44,219 bases of DNA from Escherichia phage vB_EcoS-12210III. Below, piece by piece: positions 26,810 through 36,042 of this stretch (within the stretch, counting starts at the first letter, position 1; the number at the start of each line of letters is the position of its first letter). Made by a program: the position numbers and the translations under genes. Location: the sequence record MK907227.1; one strand, written 5' to 3'. Below the pieces are notes generated by a model that ran no database searches, had not been told where the DNA came from, and saw nothing but the letters and a program-made list of their open reading frames with translations.

Positions 26810-27235
26810 ATGCACGTAATTACTGGTCAGATTCGACGCGCCCCATTCACTAAGGAAGGTCAGAATGCTAATGGTAGCTGGAAAATGTTCGCAGTTGATT
26901 TGAGTGAGCGATATAAGGATAAAGATGGGCAGAATCAGTATAGTAACTATCGCGCCGTCTTCTTCGCTAAAGAATCTATGTTAGATTGGTACAATGATGC
27001 ATTTCAAGAAGGTAAAGTTGTTAGTGTTAGCGCTGAAAGTTTGGCTGTAGATGTTAGGGATAAAGATGGTAAGACTTACGTAACCATTAACATGAACAAT
27101 CCGCGACTTGAGTTTAGTCAGCGTGGTGATTCAGCACCGCAGCAACAGCAACATCAACCTCAGCGGCAACAGCAACCTCAGCGGCAACAGCAACCTCAGC
27201 AGCAACAGAACTTCGAGGACGACATCCCATTCTGA
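26810..27235 (+). CDS. ssb: Single-stranded DNA-binding protein
   Basis: 141 aa; C-terminal acidic tail ending DDIPF (SSB C-terminal tip) preceded by a Gln/Pro-rich linker. Confidence 0.8.
   Translation: MHVITGQIRRAPFTKEGQNANGSWKMFAVDLSERYKDKDGQNQYSNYRAVFFAKESMLDWYNDAFQEGKVVSVSAESLAVDVRDKDGKTYVTINMNNPRLEFSQRGDSAPQQQQHQPQRQQQPQRQQQPQQQQNFEDDIPF
27161..27200 (+). repeat. Tandem 18-bp repeat (CAGCGGCAACAGCAACCT x2 plus partial) encoding the SSB Q/P-rich linker
   Basis: Read from sequence. Confidence 0.8.
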
Positions 27236-27242
27236 TAAAAGA

Positions 27243-27264
27243 TAAAGCCCCTTTCGGGGCTTTT
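27243..27264. terminator. Bidirectional terminator hairpin (GCCCC-TTTC-GGGGC) between convergent SSB and tailspike genes
   Basis: Hairpin flanked by A-run and T-run. Confidence 0.6.
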
Positions 27265-27268
27265 CTTG

Positions 27269-29638
27269 TTAGAAAACTATAACACTAAATGCTTGGTTTA
27301 CAGATACTCCTCCTGTATTTGTTACGCTAACCCTAATCTTGTTGTTATCAACAAACACAAATGAAGATAAACCAATGTAACCATACAAATCAACTGATGC
27401 GCCCGTAATTCCATTTGAATAATCAAGAGTTACAAGGTACGTTCCGTCAGCCTCTCTCTCACATGAAGCCCCCGAGCCTCTAATTACATTACCTTCAGCG
27501 TTTACGAGAATAGAAGTTATTGCGCTTTTTCTTGGTACTGGATTTACAACTCCAGCCGCGGAAACTACGTAATCATACGTTACGCCGTTTGATGCGTTGT
27601 ATGTAATCCTTGATCCAATTGCGCTTCCACTAGCTGTCACAACAGGCATTAAGCTGCCAGATCTCCCAAAACGACCGCCATTAATAACGATGTTGTTTCC
27701 AGGACCAGCAATATAGAAGTCAGATGAGTAGTTTATTCCTGGTATGACTTCAAAGTTAGTAAGGTTGATATCATTGTTAGATCCGAAGCTAACCAATGCA
27801 GGCCCTTGATCTGGTACAGGTAAGCATGAGAATCCACTAACAAAGATATTCTTGTTGTTATCCCTAAATGCAATCGCCGTTCCTGAATTTGCTGTAGTTG
27901 TTCCTGATGCTTCACACCCACATGAAATCATGCTCAACCCCTCACACGCATTGAGTGAATAAGCGGTATTTGTCGTGTGGTCTGAAGTGCAGCTAATCAT
28001 TGTTGAGTACTTCATTCCGGTAAGGTCAAAGGCTCCAGTTCTCTCAGTGTCTGATGATGCAAGCCCGCAGTTAGAAATAACAACCGATGTTCCGTTATCC
28101 AGCCTTATCTTTCCGTCGTTAGAGAAAACGCGGTTAATGCGCGTCTGAAAAATATCCTTTGACCACACTGAATACTTACAGTTAATAGTATCTACGCCAT
28201 CAATTTCAGCAACGCCTGCTTGTAGGATGTAAATCGCTGCCTGATTCTTGCTTGCAGCCGAGTTACCCTCAATTGTTAGATTTTTTATTGTTGTCTTCTG
28301 CGGGTAAACAGAAGCAAAAGGCCACGCTGGGTCCTGGTAAAGAACTGCGTCAACAACCTGACTGCCTGCGTTGGAATCCTGATTTGATAATGTAACTGTA
28401 GAGTTTGAACTTTTCCTTATCGTCTTGTTCTTTCTATAATCAACTCCAATAAAACCAGCCCTAAAGTTTTTATCGCCTGATATTTCAGCAAATGAAGGCA
28501 CCGAAAGCCCATCGGAGATAACCAAGGACTTAGATATAGTTGCCATACCGCTTGATAGCCCTGAAATAACTTCCGCAAGATTAGTTGAATAACCCTCTCT
28601 TGAGTTAATTTCTGACTTTGAGTAAATTTCTGACTTTGAGTAAACATCAAGATTGGTTCTTGCTGTAGCTTTATTTGAAACGTCAGAGAGGTTTAATGAT
28701 TTTTGAAAAGTCTCACTTTTTGAATAAACATCAAGCAAACCCCTTACTCTATTAGCACTTGCGCCACCAGTATTAGAGCCAGAAGCAACATACAGAGCCT
28801 CTCTGGATGAATAGGAGCGCACACCGCCCGCTACAGTCTGGTTTAGGTCAATGACTCTGTATATGTTATCAGATGACGTGTTTGCTGAAATCTGGAAGTT
28901 TTTCTGACCATTGATCCCTCGGTTTGATTTAACTTCAATTATGCAGACTGTCGCAGCTGCGAAGGTTGATGTTATCACCTCCGGGGTGTTGGTCATCGAT
29001 GATACCCGGCACAGGTAACGAGAGCCAGAATTGAAATTAAACGTATCCCAGTCAAGCGATGTTAGAAGTGGCGTTGTTCCGCTAATTCCCATTCCTGCGA
29101 GAGCAACCATAGCCCCCGCGTCTCCAGCGCTATCAATGGCTGCGATAGTTGCATCTCTTGCGGCTGTAGTTATGTCTCTTGCACTAACAGCAGTGGCGGC
29201 GCTCTCTGCTGCGGCAATCTGGCTAGCTAAAGCCTCGGAGGCGCCTGTTACTGACTGGTTGGCTAATTGCTCGAAGCGAGGCCAATCGAAAGTATCTTGC
29301 CCGATAAATTGCAGTAAACTTTCAATAGAAGTCTCCTTTGACTGATAGTATCGCAAAGTCTCCGCAACATCCTGAGCCAAACCCTGAACCGTAATACCAT
29401 CGTGCGCAAGAATCGCATAACCCGTACCAGCCGGAACTGTTTCAGAATTAGGATTGTAAACATTAATCTGCGTATCACTGATGATTTCAGAGATGGTGTA
29501 AATTTTTAGTGGGTTAGTTTTAAAAATGATAGTGGCACCAACCCTGATCAGTGTAAGAGGTGCTTTCCATGTTGTCCCCGCGCCAGTTACCTTGCCATTT
29601 GCGGCCAGCGAGGCGGTTCCTAAGTCATAAATTGCCAT
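27269..29638 (-). CDS. Tailspike / tail fiber protein (probable glycan-binding or depolymerase-type receptor-binding protein)
   Basis: About 789 aa from ATG 29638 (RBS GGAG); Gly/Ser/Thr/Asn-rich body typical of beta-helix tailspikes; internal tandem hexapeptide repeat. Enzymatic specificity not determinable. Confidence 0.7.
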   Translation of the reverse strand: MAIYDLGTASLAANGKVTGAGTTWKAPLTLIRVGATIIFKTNPLKIYTISEIISDTQINVYNPNSETVPAGTGYAILAHDGITVQGLAQDVAETLRYYQSKETSIESLLQFIGQDTFDWPRFEQLANQSVTGASEALASQIAAAESAATAVSARDITTAARDATIAAIDSAGDAGAMVALAGMGISGTTPLLTSLDWDTFNFNSGSRYLCRVSSMTNTPEVITSTFAAATVCIIEVKSNRGINGQKNFQISANTSSDNIYRVIDLNQTVAGGVRSYSSREALYVASGSNTGGASANRVRGLLDVYSKSETFQKSLNLSDVSNKATARTNLDVYSKSEIYSKSEINSREGYSTNLAEVISGLSSGMATISKSLVISDGLSVPSFAEISGDKNFRAGFIGVDYRKNKTIRKSSNSTVTLSNQDSNAGSQVVDAVLYQDPAWPFASVYPQKTTIKNLTIEGNSAASKNQAAIYILQAGVAEIDGVDTINCKYSVWSKDIFQTRINRVFSNDGKIRLDNGTSVVISNCGLASSDTERTGAFDLTGMKYSTMISCTSDHTTNTAYSLNACEGLSMISCGCEASGTTTANSGTAIAFRDNNKNIFVSGFSCLPVPDQGPALVSFGSNNDINLTNFEVIPGINYSSDFYIAGPGNNIVINGGRFGRSGSLMPVVTASGSAIGSRITYNASNGVTYDYVVSAAGVVNPVPRKSAITSILVNAEGNVIRGSGASCEREADGTYLVTLDYSNGITGASVDLYGYIGLSSFVFVDNNKIRVSVTNTGGVSVNQAFSVIVF
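28601..28640 (-). repeat. Tandem 18-bp repeat inside the tailspike gene (encodes SKSEIY-SKSEIN)
   Basis: TGAGTTAATTTCTGACTT / TGAGTAAATTTCTGACTT / partial third copy on the plus strand. Confidence 0.75.
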
Positions 29639-29661
29639 TGTGTAAAGTCTCCATTTGTAAA

Positions 29662-29678
29662 ATAGCACTAATTGATAA
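29662..29678 (+). promoter_or_regulatory. Copy of the promoter palindrome (ATAGCACTAATTGATAA) with no matching -10 in either direction, between the primase terminator and the tailspike start
   Basis: Sequence identical to the palindrome of the primase promoter (30707-30723) but in plus orientation; 22 nt downstream is GGCATA. Confidence 0.4.
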
Positions 29679-29704
29679 GTTGGATTGTATCATCTTTCAG
29701 GCAT

Positions 29705-29725
29705 AAAAAAACCTCCCGAAGGAGG
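29705..29725 (-). terminator. Intrinsic terminator for minus-strand transcription (CCTCC-TTCG-GGAGG followed by T-run on the minus strand)
   Basis: Plus strand shows AAAAAAA-CCTCCCGAAGGAGG. Confidence 0.6.
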
Positions 29726-30658
29726 TTAGTCTAGTAATTCGCTTGCCTTGTATATGCGCTTTCTTATTCCTGACTTGAAAAAATTATCATCATTTGGCAT
29801 TACAACATCAAGATTGCGATCATCAGCAACGGCGAGTAAATCAAAATCGTGGCGAGTACAAGCCACTCTCAGCTTGTGGTTCCTAAGCGCATAAGCAACC
29901 ATCTCCATATTGTAGCTAGAGTGGCAAACAAGTACACAGCGGTTACCAGTAGCAAGATGAACACGAATACCATCAATCCAATTATCCACAAGATAAGCGT
30001 ACTCATCACTTTTAAAGGCACCAATAACAGCGACAGATTGGCGAGTGTAATCTTTTGCAGCATAACTAACATCTCCATCTTCATTTATAAACATTACATT
30101 GCACATTTCTTCCGATATGCCGTCACTATAAGCCATAAAACACGGTATTGCGTGTATTATTTCGCCTGATTTTGTTCTGCCAACATCAAAGCCAAACTCG
30201 CTATAGATACCCTCATATATGCTGAGTGGAGTTGATTCTACCCTCTCCGTCCTTTCCATTATCTCTAAGCATCTTTCATGGTCAATCTGAGCGCCCATTT
30301 TGTATGGTGATGTACGAGATGCTCTTTTGTTTGCTTTTGATATAACCTCTACTGGAACGAGATTTAGCCAATCACCAAGCGTATCTATTGTTTCACTATA
30401 ACTCATTCCGGAACACTTCATGACCCAACCAACACCAGAATCATTGCCGCACTGGTTGCATATTGCTGCTCCATTTCCCTTTTCTTGACCTAACTCATCA
30501 GTGAATCTAAACCTATCACGACCTCCACAATTCGGGCATGGCCCATGCTTCTTGCTAAGATTTTCTCTGGTCCATCCCAAATGAGACAAGTAGAACTCAC
30601 CCCACATCCCTTTCATTTTAGCTATCACTTCATTTTTGTCATGATAATTCATATACAC
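29726..30658 (-). CDS. DNA primase (zinc-ribbon plus TOPRIM-like)
   Basis: 310 aa; N-terminal CPNCGGRDRFRF zinc-ribbon motif and a second Cys pair (CNQCG); acidic motifs downstream. Confidence 0.65.
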   Translation of the reverse strand: MYMNYHDKNEVIAKMKGMWGEFYLSHLGWTRENLSKKHGPCPNCGGRDRFRFTDELGQEKGNGAAICNQCGNDSGVGWVMKCSGMSYSETIDTLGDWLNLVPVEVISKANKRASRTSPYKMGAQIDHERCLEIMERTERVESTPLSIYEGIYSEFGFDVGRTKSGEIIHAIPCFMAYSDGISEEMCNVMFINEDGDVSYAAKDYTRQSVAVIGAFKSDEYAYLVDNWIDGIRVHLATGNRCVLVCHSSYNMEMVAYALRNHKLRVACTRHDFDLLAVADDRNLDVVMPNDDNFFKSGIRKRIYKASELLD

Positions 30659-30678
30659 CCTCCATAAACAATAAAGGC

Positions 30679-30723
30679 ACTATACACAATGCATAGCGCC
30701 ACTGTTTATCAATTAGTGCTATT
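30679..30723 (-). promoter_or_regulatory. Conserved phage promoter unit (minus): palindrome 30707-30723, 22-nt spacer, -10 TATAGT (30679-30684)
   Basis: Family member upstream of the primase gene. Confidence 0.5.
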
Positions 30724-30727
30724 TCCC

Positions 30728-31201
30728 TTACTCTTTAGCTTTCCGTGCTGCTTCGTTAGCGGCCTTAATTTTGCGCCAGGACCGACACTCTGGCTTGGTG
30801 GCTAATTCAGCCTCGGTAACCACGCGAAGCATGTGGCGTTTTTTGCACCGAAGTGTCAGCGGCTTGCCGTTGCCGTCGAATTGCAAGTCTGGTCGGCAGA
30901 ATGTTGCGCGAAAACCTTCTCCATTTCGCTTATAGTAGTTGTGCGAAAGCTGAGCACCACGCGCCGACATCATGCCGCGCTTAAACCATTCTTCTACAGC
31001 CTGTGGTGTTACCTTTAATTGCTTTGCCATATTTGCCTTTGTGCCGAAGAAATCAAGAACAATTTCCAGCCGCGCACGTAAACCCGCTCTTACTTCATCT
31101 TTTAAAACGTAGTAACCTGAAGGTCGTTTTCGCTGCTTTTTATCTTCAGTGCGGATGGTTCCGTTATTGCCGTTAATGGTTCGCTTGTCTACTGCATTCA
31201 T
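30728..31201 (-). CDS. HTH DNA-binding protein (Cro/CI-like, putative regulator)
   Basis: 157 aa; HTH-like segment KANMAKQLKVTPQAVEEWFKRG; basic N-terminus; divergent from the helicase gene. Confidence 0.5.
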   Translation of the reverse strand: MNAVDKRTINGNNGTIRTEDKKQRKRPSGYYVLKDEVRAGLRARLEIVLDFFGTKANMAKQLKVTPQAVEEWFKRGMMSARGAQLSHNYYKRNGEGFRATFCRPDLQFDGNGKPLTLRCKKRHMLRVVTEAELATKPECRSWRKIKAANEAARKAKE

Positions 31202-31302
31202 TTCATTACCTCAATAGCATTTTTTGTTAAAAGTCATACTGATTTGATGGTATTATTGTACTCAATTAAACGCTACAAGACAATTTTTATAGGAATTTAG
31301 AT

Positions 31303-33297
31303 ATGTTGCCTATCGAGAAGCTGGTTGCAAACTTCGATAAAGAAAGAATCAAGCAGATTCAGAAAGATTACCAGTTTGGCGAGATAACCCCTTACGAATT
31401 CCAGTGCGTTACATTTGACGCAATTGGGAAGGCTATTGGCAAGTATGAGGCGCCATTTATCGCAGACCTTTCCGTATCGGCTGGTAAGACAATCATTCTC
31501 GCTATGATTGGTAAGCGTATGGAGCAGCTTGGTCTTCCTTATATGGTGCTTTCTCGCCAGTCAGAGATAATCAGCCAGAACTCAGAAGAGCTTCGCAATC
31601 TTGGCATCCGTAATAGCGTCTATTGCGCCGGGCTTAACGTTAAATCAGTTTATTACCCAACCATAGTTGCCAGTGAGGGCACGGCAGCTAACGGCTTATT
31701 TAAGGGGCTTGGTGACTATGTTCCGGCTGTTATCGCAATCGATGAGTGTCACATGGTCGATCACATGGATATCGTGGAAGCCGAAGAGAATGAAGAAACA
31801 TTTGAGCAAATGAGCACAAAGAAAGGCGAGATGGTTTTTAAGGATGGCGTTAATACTGGATTGCTTGGTACTGGTCGTGCGCAGTACACGCTAATAATCA
31901 CTGAGATGAAGCGTCGCTGCCGTGAAAAATACGGGCGGGAGCTTCGTATATTCGGCCTTACTGGTAGCCCTTATCGAAACAATGATCATATCGTCGTTAG
32001 CAATCCAAATATCCGTGGGTTCTGGCGAAAAACTGTGATTCAGGTTCCAACAAATTACCTTGTTGATTTGGGATTCGTGGTTCCTACTGTTTATGGCGAG
32101 GTTGGCGATTTGGGTTATGACCTTAGCGAGTTTGTTCCAGACGGTAGTGATGGCGTGAAAGACTTTAGCAGAAAAGAAATGGATGCAATGGCCGCAAAGA
32201 TTCACGACAACCAAACCATGACACAAAAGATAATGCAGTTTGTCGTCAAAATACTGGAGACTCGCAACGCCGCATTGGTCACCTGCGCTGGAAAACTCCA
32301 TTGTGATGAGGCTGCTGCGGCATTGCCGGATGGATACCCTTACGCCATTATCACCGATTCTACCGGAGAGAGGAGGCGCAGAGAGATTCTTGCAGATTGC
32401 CAGACTGGAAAGTACAAGATTATCTTTCAGATTGGATGTCTAACCACGGGCGTAAACCAACCGCTGTGGGATACTAGCGTCATACTACGCAAGATTGGCA
32501 GTCTAACCTTAATGATTCAGCTTCTTGGTCGTGGCATGCGAAAACTAAAAAAGGCGCACATAGATGCTGGGTTCAAGAAGGAGGACCACTTGGTATTAGA
32601 CTTTGCCGGAGCGCTTGATGACATGGCAGAGCTTTACTTTGACCCAATAATTGAGGAGATTCAGGCTGAGAAGTTTAAATCCTCAAGAAAAGGTGGTGAT
32701 GAGGTTCGCCAGTGTCCGCAATGTGGATATGAGAACTCGCCATTTGCTAGACGCTGTAGCAATAAGATTAATGGCGTTAGATGCGATCACTTTTTCCAGT
32801 TCACAACATGTGATGATATTACCGACCAACAAACAAAGGCGGTAATCAAGAAAGGTTGTGGAACTAAAAATGACATAGCAGCAAAAGTTTGTCGTGAATG
32901 CGGAGAAATGCTTAAAGACCCAAACGCTAACCTGACTGGAAAGATGTATCGTCGCGGAGACTATTTGCGGGTTTATGATTTTCAAGTTGGTTTAAGCAAG
33001 AATCAAACGGGCATTGTAGTTAAGTACAATATCATGGCCCACAACGGAGAAAGATTTAACGCTTGGGAGTTCTTCAATCCAGAATCTGACCATAGGGTTT
33101 GTAGTGTGCTTTGGAAAAACTTTTGCCTTGCTCACATTGAAAATCGCGCTGAAGCAGCACGAATTGGCAGACTGAAGAATGCAAGAATGATTATGACTAA
33201 CGCAGATAAGTTTCGTGCGCCAGTCCAGGTGACACACCGCAAGAATGGCAAAGGAAAGGATATAATAGCTTTTAAGAATTTTGGAGAATTGTTATGA
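31303..33297 (+). CDS. Superfamily-2 DNA helicase with C-terminal zinc-ribbon region
   Basis: 664 aa; Walker A (SVSAGKT), DEAH-like motif (IDECH), C-terminal Cys clusters (CPQCG...C...C; CRECG). Confidence 0.75.
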   Translation: MLPIEKLVANFDKERIKQIQKDYQFGEITPYEFQCVTFDAIGKAIGKYEAPFIADLSVSAGKTIILAMIGKRMEQLGLPYMVLSRQSEIISQNSEELRNLGIRNSVYCAGLNVKSVYYPTIVASEGTAANGLFKGLGDYVPAVIAIDECHMVDHMDIVEAEENEETFEQMSTKKGEMVFKDGVNTGLLGTGRAQYTLIITEMKRRCREKYGRELRIFGLTGSPYRNNDHIVVSNPNIRGFWRKTVIQVPTNYLVDLGFVVPTVYGEVGDLGYDLSEFVPDGSDGVKDFSRKEMDAMAAKIHDNQTMTQKIMQFVVKILETRNAALVTCAGKLHCDEAAAALPDGYPYAIITDSTGERRRREILADCQTGKYKIIFQIGCLTTGVNQPLWDTSVILRKIGSLTLMIQLLGRGMRKLKKAHIDAGFKKEDHLVLDFAGALDDMAELYFDPIIEEIQAEKFKSSRKGGDEVRQCPQCGYENSPFARRCSNKINGVRCDHFFQFTTCDDITDQQTKAVIKKGCGTKNDIAAKVCRECGEMLKDPNANLTGKMYRRGDYLRVYDFQVGLSKNQTGIVVKYNIMAHNGERFNAWEFFNPESDHRVCSVLWKNFCLAHIENRAEAARIGRLKNARMIMTNADKFRAPVQVTHRKNGKGKDIIAFKNFGELL

Positions 33298-33713
33298 ACA
33301 TTACAGACAAATTTGATTACATTGAGTTTTACTCTGGACCGGTTAAGTCGTGTCCGAAAGAGGATGACGAACAAATCTTTTGCTCTGATTGGGTTAAGTA
33401 TAACTATCCAGAGATGGTATTTTTCCACTGCGTGAATGAGGGCAAAAAAACCATTGGTCAAGCAAGAAAGGACCAGGCTAAAGGGCTTCTCAAAGGCGTA
33501 TCAGACTGTATGTTTCTTATTCCCGAATCTATCAGAGGAAAGTACCCTTTCGGAGCCATAGAGCTAAAGAGGGCAGGAAAAACCCAGGCTAGTCCAGTCA
33601 GTAACGAGCAGAAGTCCTTCCTTAAAAGCGTAAGAGAGTCAGGCGGCTTCGCTGCCGTGGCGTACGGTCGCGAGGGTTTTCTTGCTGCATTTAGAGAAAT
33701 GATTTCAAAATAG
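33294..33713 (+). CDS. VRR-NUC-like nuclease (putative)
   Basis: 139 aa; C-terminal region with D...ELK-type motif (GAIELKRAG) and overall VRR-NUC-like pattern; ATGA overlap with the helicase gene. Confidence 0.45.
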   Translation: MNITDKFDYIEFYSGPVKSCPKEDDEQIFCSDWVKYNYPEMVFFHCVNEGKKTIGQARKDQAKGLLKGVSDCMFLIPESIRGKYPFGAIELKRAGKTQASPVSNEQKSFLKSVRESGGFAAVAYGREGFLAAFREMISK

Positions 33714-33753
33714 CACTAATTGCTAAAGATGAATCGGTGGGGTGGTGTATTAT
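33710..33753 (+). promoter_or_regulatory. Conserved phage promoter unit: palindrome ATAGCACTAATTGCTAA (33710-33726), 22-nt spacer, TATTAT (33748-33753), leader CATCGAAACGA
   Basis: Family member. Confidence 0.5.
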
Positions 33754-33789
33754 CACCTCATCGAAACGAAACGAAGAGAGAGAAACAAA

Positions 33790-33984
33790 ATGGCTACTAT
33801 CTACACTGGCAAAATGTACGAATCACGCAAGACTGGTTACGAATATGAATTAGTAATTACAGCTGACGGTTATGTTCTTGATGATGGAGATGGTTACGCA
33901 TTCGAAGTTAGCCCGACATACAAAGATGATTTAGAAACTGTTAAAAACGCATTTGGCGAAAAATTTGATGAGGTATCGGAATAA
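33790..33984 (+). CDS. Hypothetical protein (64 aa)
   Basis: Start set to ATG 33790 downstream of the promoter and leader. Confidence 0.4.
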   Translation: MATIYTGKMYESRKTGYEYELVITADGYVLDDGDGYAFEVSPTYKDDLETVKNAFGEKFDEVSE

Positions 33985-34205
33985 TGGCAATTTTTACATT
34001 TGAGCACCAATGGGAAGTATTTAAGTTAATGGCAGTTCAGGAGCTAAATAAATCTGGATATAACAAAAACCCTTGGGGCTTAGCATTTTGCCTGGACATG
34101 AGTTTTGAAGAAGATTACCTGAACACAGATATCGAAACATGGCGTGACCGTATTGTTGCAGACATTGCGGAAATGAAAAAAGATTGCCCGGAGGATTTTG
34201 AATAA
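33984..34205 (+). CDS. Hypothetical protein (73 aa)
   Basis: ORF with start/stop overlap. Confidence 0.4.
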   Translation: MAIFTFEHQWEVFKLMAVQELNKSGYNKNPWGLAFCLDMSFEEDYLNTDIETWRDRIVADIAEMKKDCPEDFE

Positions 34206-34330
34206 TGAAAATTGTAGACAAAGAGATGTTCGAAATTTCACAGACTTATGCAAAAGACGCAGTTAAAACCGGCTCAGAATATTGCTGGATGTGTGCTAAA
34301 GAGTACATAAAAATGGCATACGGCTTGTGA
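34205..34330 (+). CDS. Small hypothetical protein (41 aa)
   Basis: ATG overlapping the upstream stop; ends overlapping the next start (GTGA). Confidence 0.25.
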   Translation: MKIVDKEMFEISQTYAKDAVKTGSEYCWMCAKEYIKMAYGL

Positions 34331-34575
34331 TAGTTGAAACCGGACGCGCCGCAGTATGGGCGCATTGTGGGGAGGCGGGGTTGCAGGATGACATTAAGCA
34401 GATATCCCGCTTCTTTGACATAAAAGATATTAGCGTTGTCTTTAATGGTAAATTTTCTTACATGGATGAACGCCCAAGAAAATACGCAAGAGTTAAGCCA
34501 GGTGTTAGAATTGATGTTAACGAGTTCCTTAAATCTGAGGGATTAAAGTTTAAGATAACGAAGCATAAGGATTAA
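34327..34575 (+). CDS. Hypothetical protein (82 aa, GTG start)
   Basis: ORF from the track. Confidence 0.4.
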   Translation: MIVETGRAAVWAHCGEAGLQDDIKQISRFFDIKDISVVFNGKFSYMDERPRKYARVKPGVRIDVNEFLKSEGLKFKITKHKD

Positions 34576-34577
34576 GT

Positions 34578-34829
34578 ATGTTAGGTTTAGATTTTCAGCC
34601 AGGGCATTACGATTTAGTGCATGGGCAAAGCGGTGCAAAGTTTAGAGCGATACCTATTTCTGACTGGTTTCCTCCAGATTATGTGGATGTGAACGCAAAA
34701 ACTAAAGAAGGAAAGTGGGTGCAGATTTACTACTCTCCGGCATGCGGAAACCTTTGCATGACTGACCTTGGTCATAAGTTAACAATTAGTGCTGATTTGA
34801 TTGACTACTGGTTGAAAGAAGTTGAATGA
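34578..34829 (+). CDS. Hypothetical protein (83 aa)
   Basis: ORF from the track. Confidence 0.4.
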   Translation: MLGLDFQPGHYDLVHGQSGAKFRAIPISDWFPPDYVDVNAKTKEGKWVQIYYSPACGNLCMTDLGHKLTISADLIDYWLKEVE

Positions 34830-34911
34830 AGATCCTAATACTAGTAGCATTAGTCCCACTATTTAGCTTTACTATCTTATACTTTATCGTAATGAATTAA
34901 GGAACTTATAA

Positions 34912-36042
34912 ATGGCAACTGCAAAAATTACCAACGAAGAACTGCGCGAAGAGCTGGCTAATGGCATGACAAACAAGGCAATCGCAGAGAAGTACGGAAT
35001 GAACATTCGCAACGTTGAATTGCGTCGTAGTAAATTAGCTAAGCAAGGTGAGGGGCATGGCCGTGATGTTAGCAACCTAATTCCTCAAGGTTACGCTGTC
35101 AAAGGTGTGTCTAGCTTAATTGGTGCCGACGGTGAGATTAAGCAACAGTGGGTTAAATCTGACATCGACAAAGAGAAGCAAGAAGAAATGATGCTTCAGG
35201 CAATTCAGGCCCTAACTGATGAGTTGCCACGCGAGAAACCAAAGCCGCTCAGTAAGTCATCATTTGAGGATACCTTAAGCCTGTACCCCGTATTCGACTT
35301 ACACATTGGCGCAATGGCTCACCATGCCGAGTGTGGTGAGAACTACAGCACTGAAATTGCAGAGCGCATTCTTAATAGCTACTTTGATTACGCGGTTGCA
35401 AAGGCTCCTAACTCAAAGAAGGCTGTATTGCTGATTGGTGGTGACTTCCTTCACTCTGACGGAATGGAAGCGGTAACTCCAACGAGTCGTCATATTCTTG
35501 ACCAAGATAGCCGTTATCACAAATTGGTTTACGTAGCAGTACGAGCAACCCGCAGAGCAATTAGCCGGATGCTTGATAAGCACGCTGAGATTGAGGTTCA
35601 GATTATCCCTGGAAACCACGACCTCTCAGGTATGATTTGGCTTCGTGCTGCAATGGCGGCGTTCTATATGGATGAGCCTCGAGTTAATGTTGACGCATCT
35701 CCTGCAGCGCTTCACGTAACGCAGTTTGGAAAGACGCTGCTTGGTTACTGTCATGGACATGAACTCAAAAAGCCTGATACCAGACTATCAACACTGGCTC
35801 GTGACCATCGTAAGGCTTTTGGTGAGTCTGAGTATGTTTACACTCATAGTGGCCATTACCACCATCAAACGATTACAGAGGGTAACTTAGGTATCGATGA
35901 GTCTCATGGTCAGCTTGGTTGCAAGGATGCGTACAGTGCCAACGGTGGTTATCGCTCTTATCGCCAGGCGTCGGTAATCATCTACAGCCCTAAATTCGGA
36001 GAGATTGGTCGATTCACTTGCCGTCCCGAAATGTTTAGTTAA
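34912..36042 (+). CDS. Metallophosphoesterase (calcineurin-like) with N-terminal HTH-like segment
   Basis: Motifs DLH, GGDFLH, GNHD, GH, GHYHH in the canonical order; N-terminal TNKAIAEKYGMNIRNVELRR is HTH-like. Confidence 0.6.
   Translation: MATAKITNEELREELANGMTNKAIAEKYGMNIRNVELRRSKLAKQGEGHGRDVSNLIPQGYAVKGVSSLIGADGEIKQQWVKSDIDKEKQEEMMLQAIQALTDELPREKPKPLSKSSFEDTLSLYPVFDLHIGAMAHHAECGENYSTEIAERILNSYFDYAVAKAPNSKKAVLLIGGDFLHSDGMEAVTPTSRHILDQDSRYHKLVYVAVRATRRAISRMLDKHAEIEVQIIPGNHDLSGMIWLRAAMAAFYMDEPRVNVDASPAALHVTQFGKTLLGYCHGHELKKPDTRLSTLARDHRKAFGESEYVYTHSGHYHHQTITEGNLGIDESHGQLGCKDAYSANGGYRSYRQASVIIYSPKFGEIGRFTCRPEMFS

Noticed and set aside
27269-29638. Assigning the tailspike a specific enzymatic activity or host serotype
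   Set aside because: The beta-helix-like body is compositionally typical of tailspikes, but I could not recognise a specific catalytic signature from the sequence alone.
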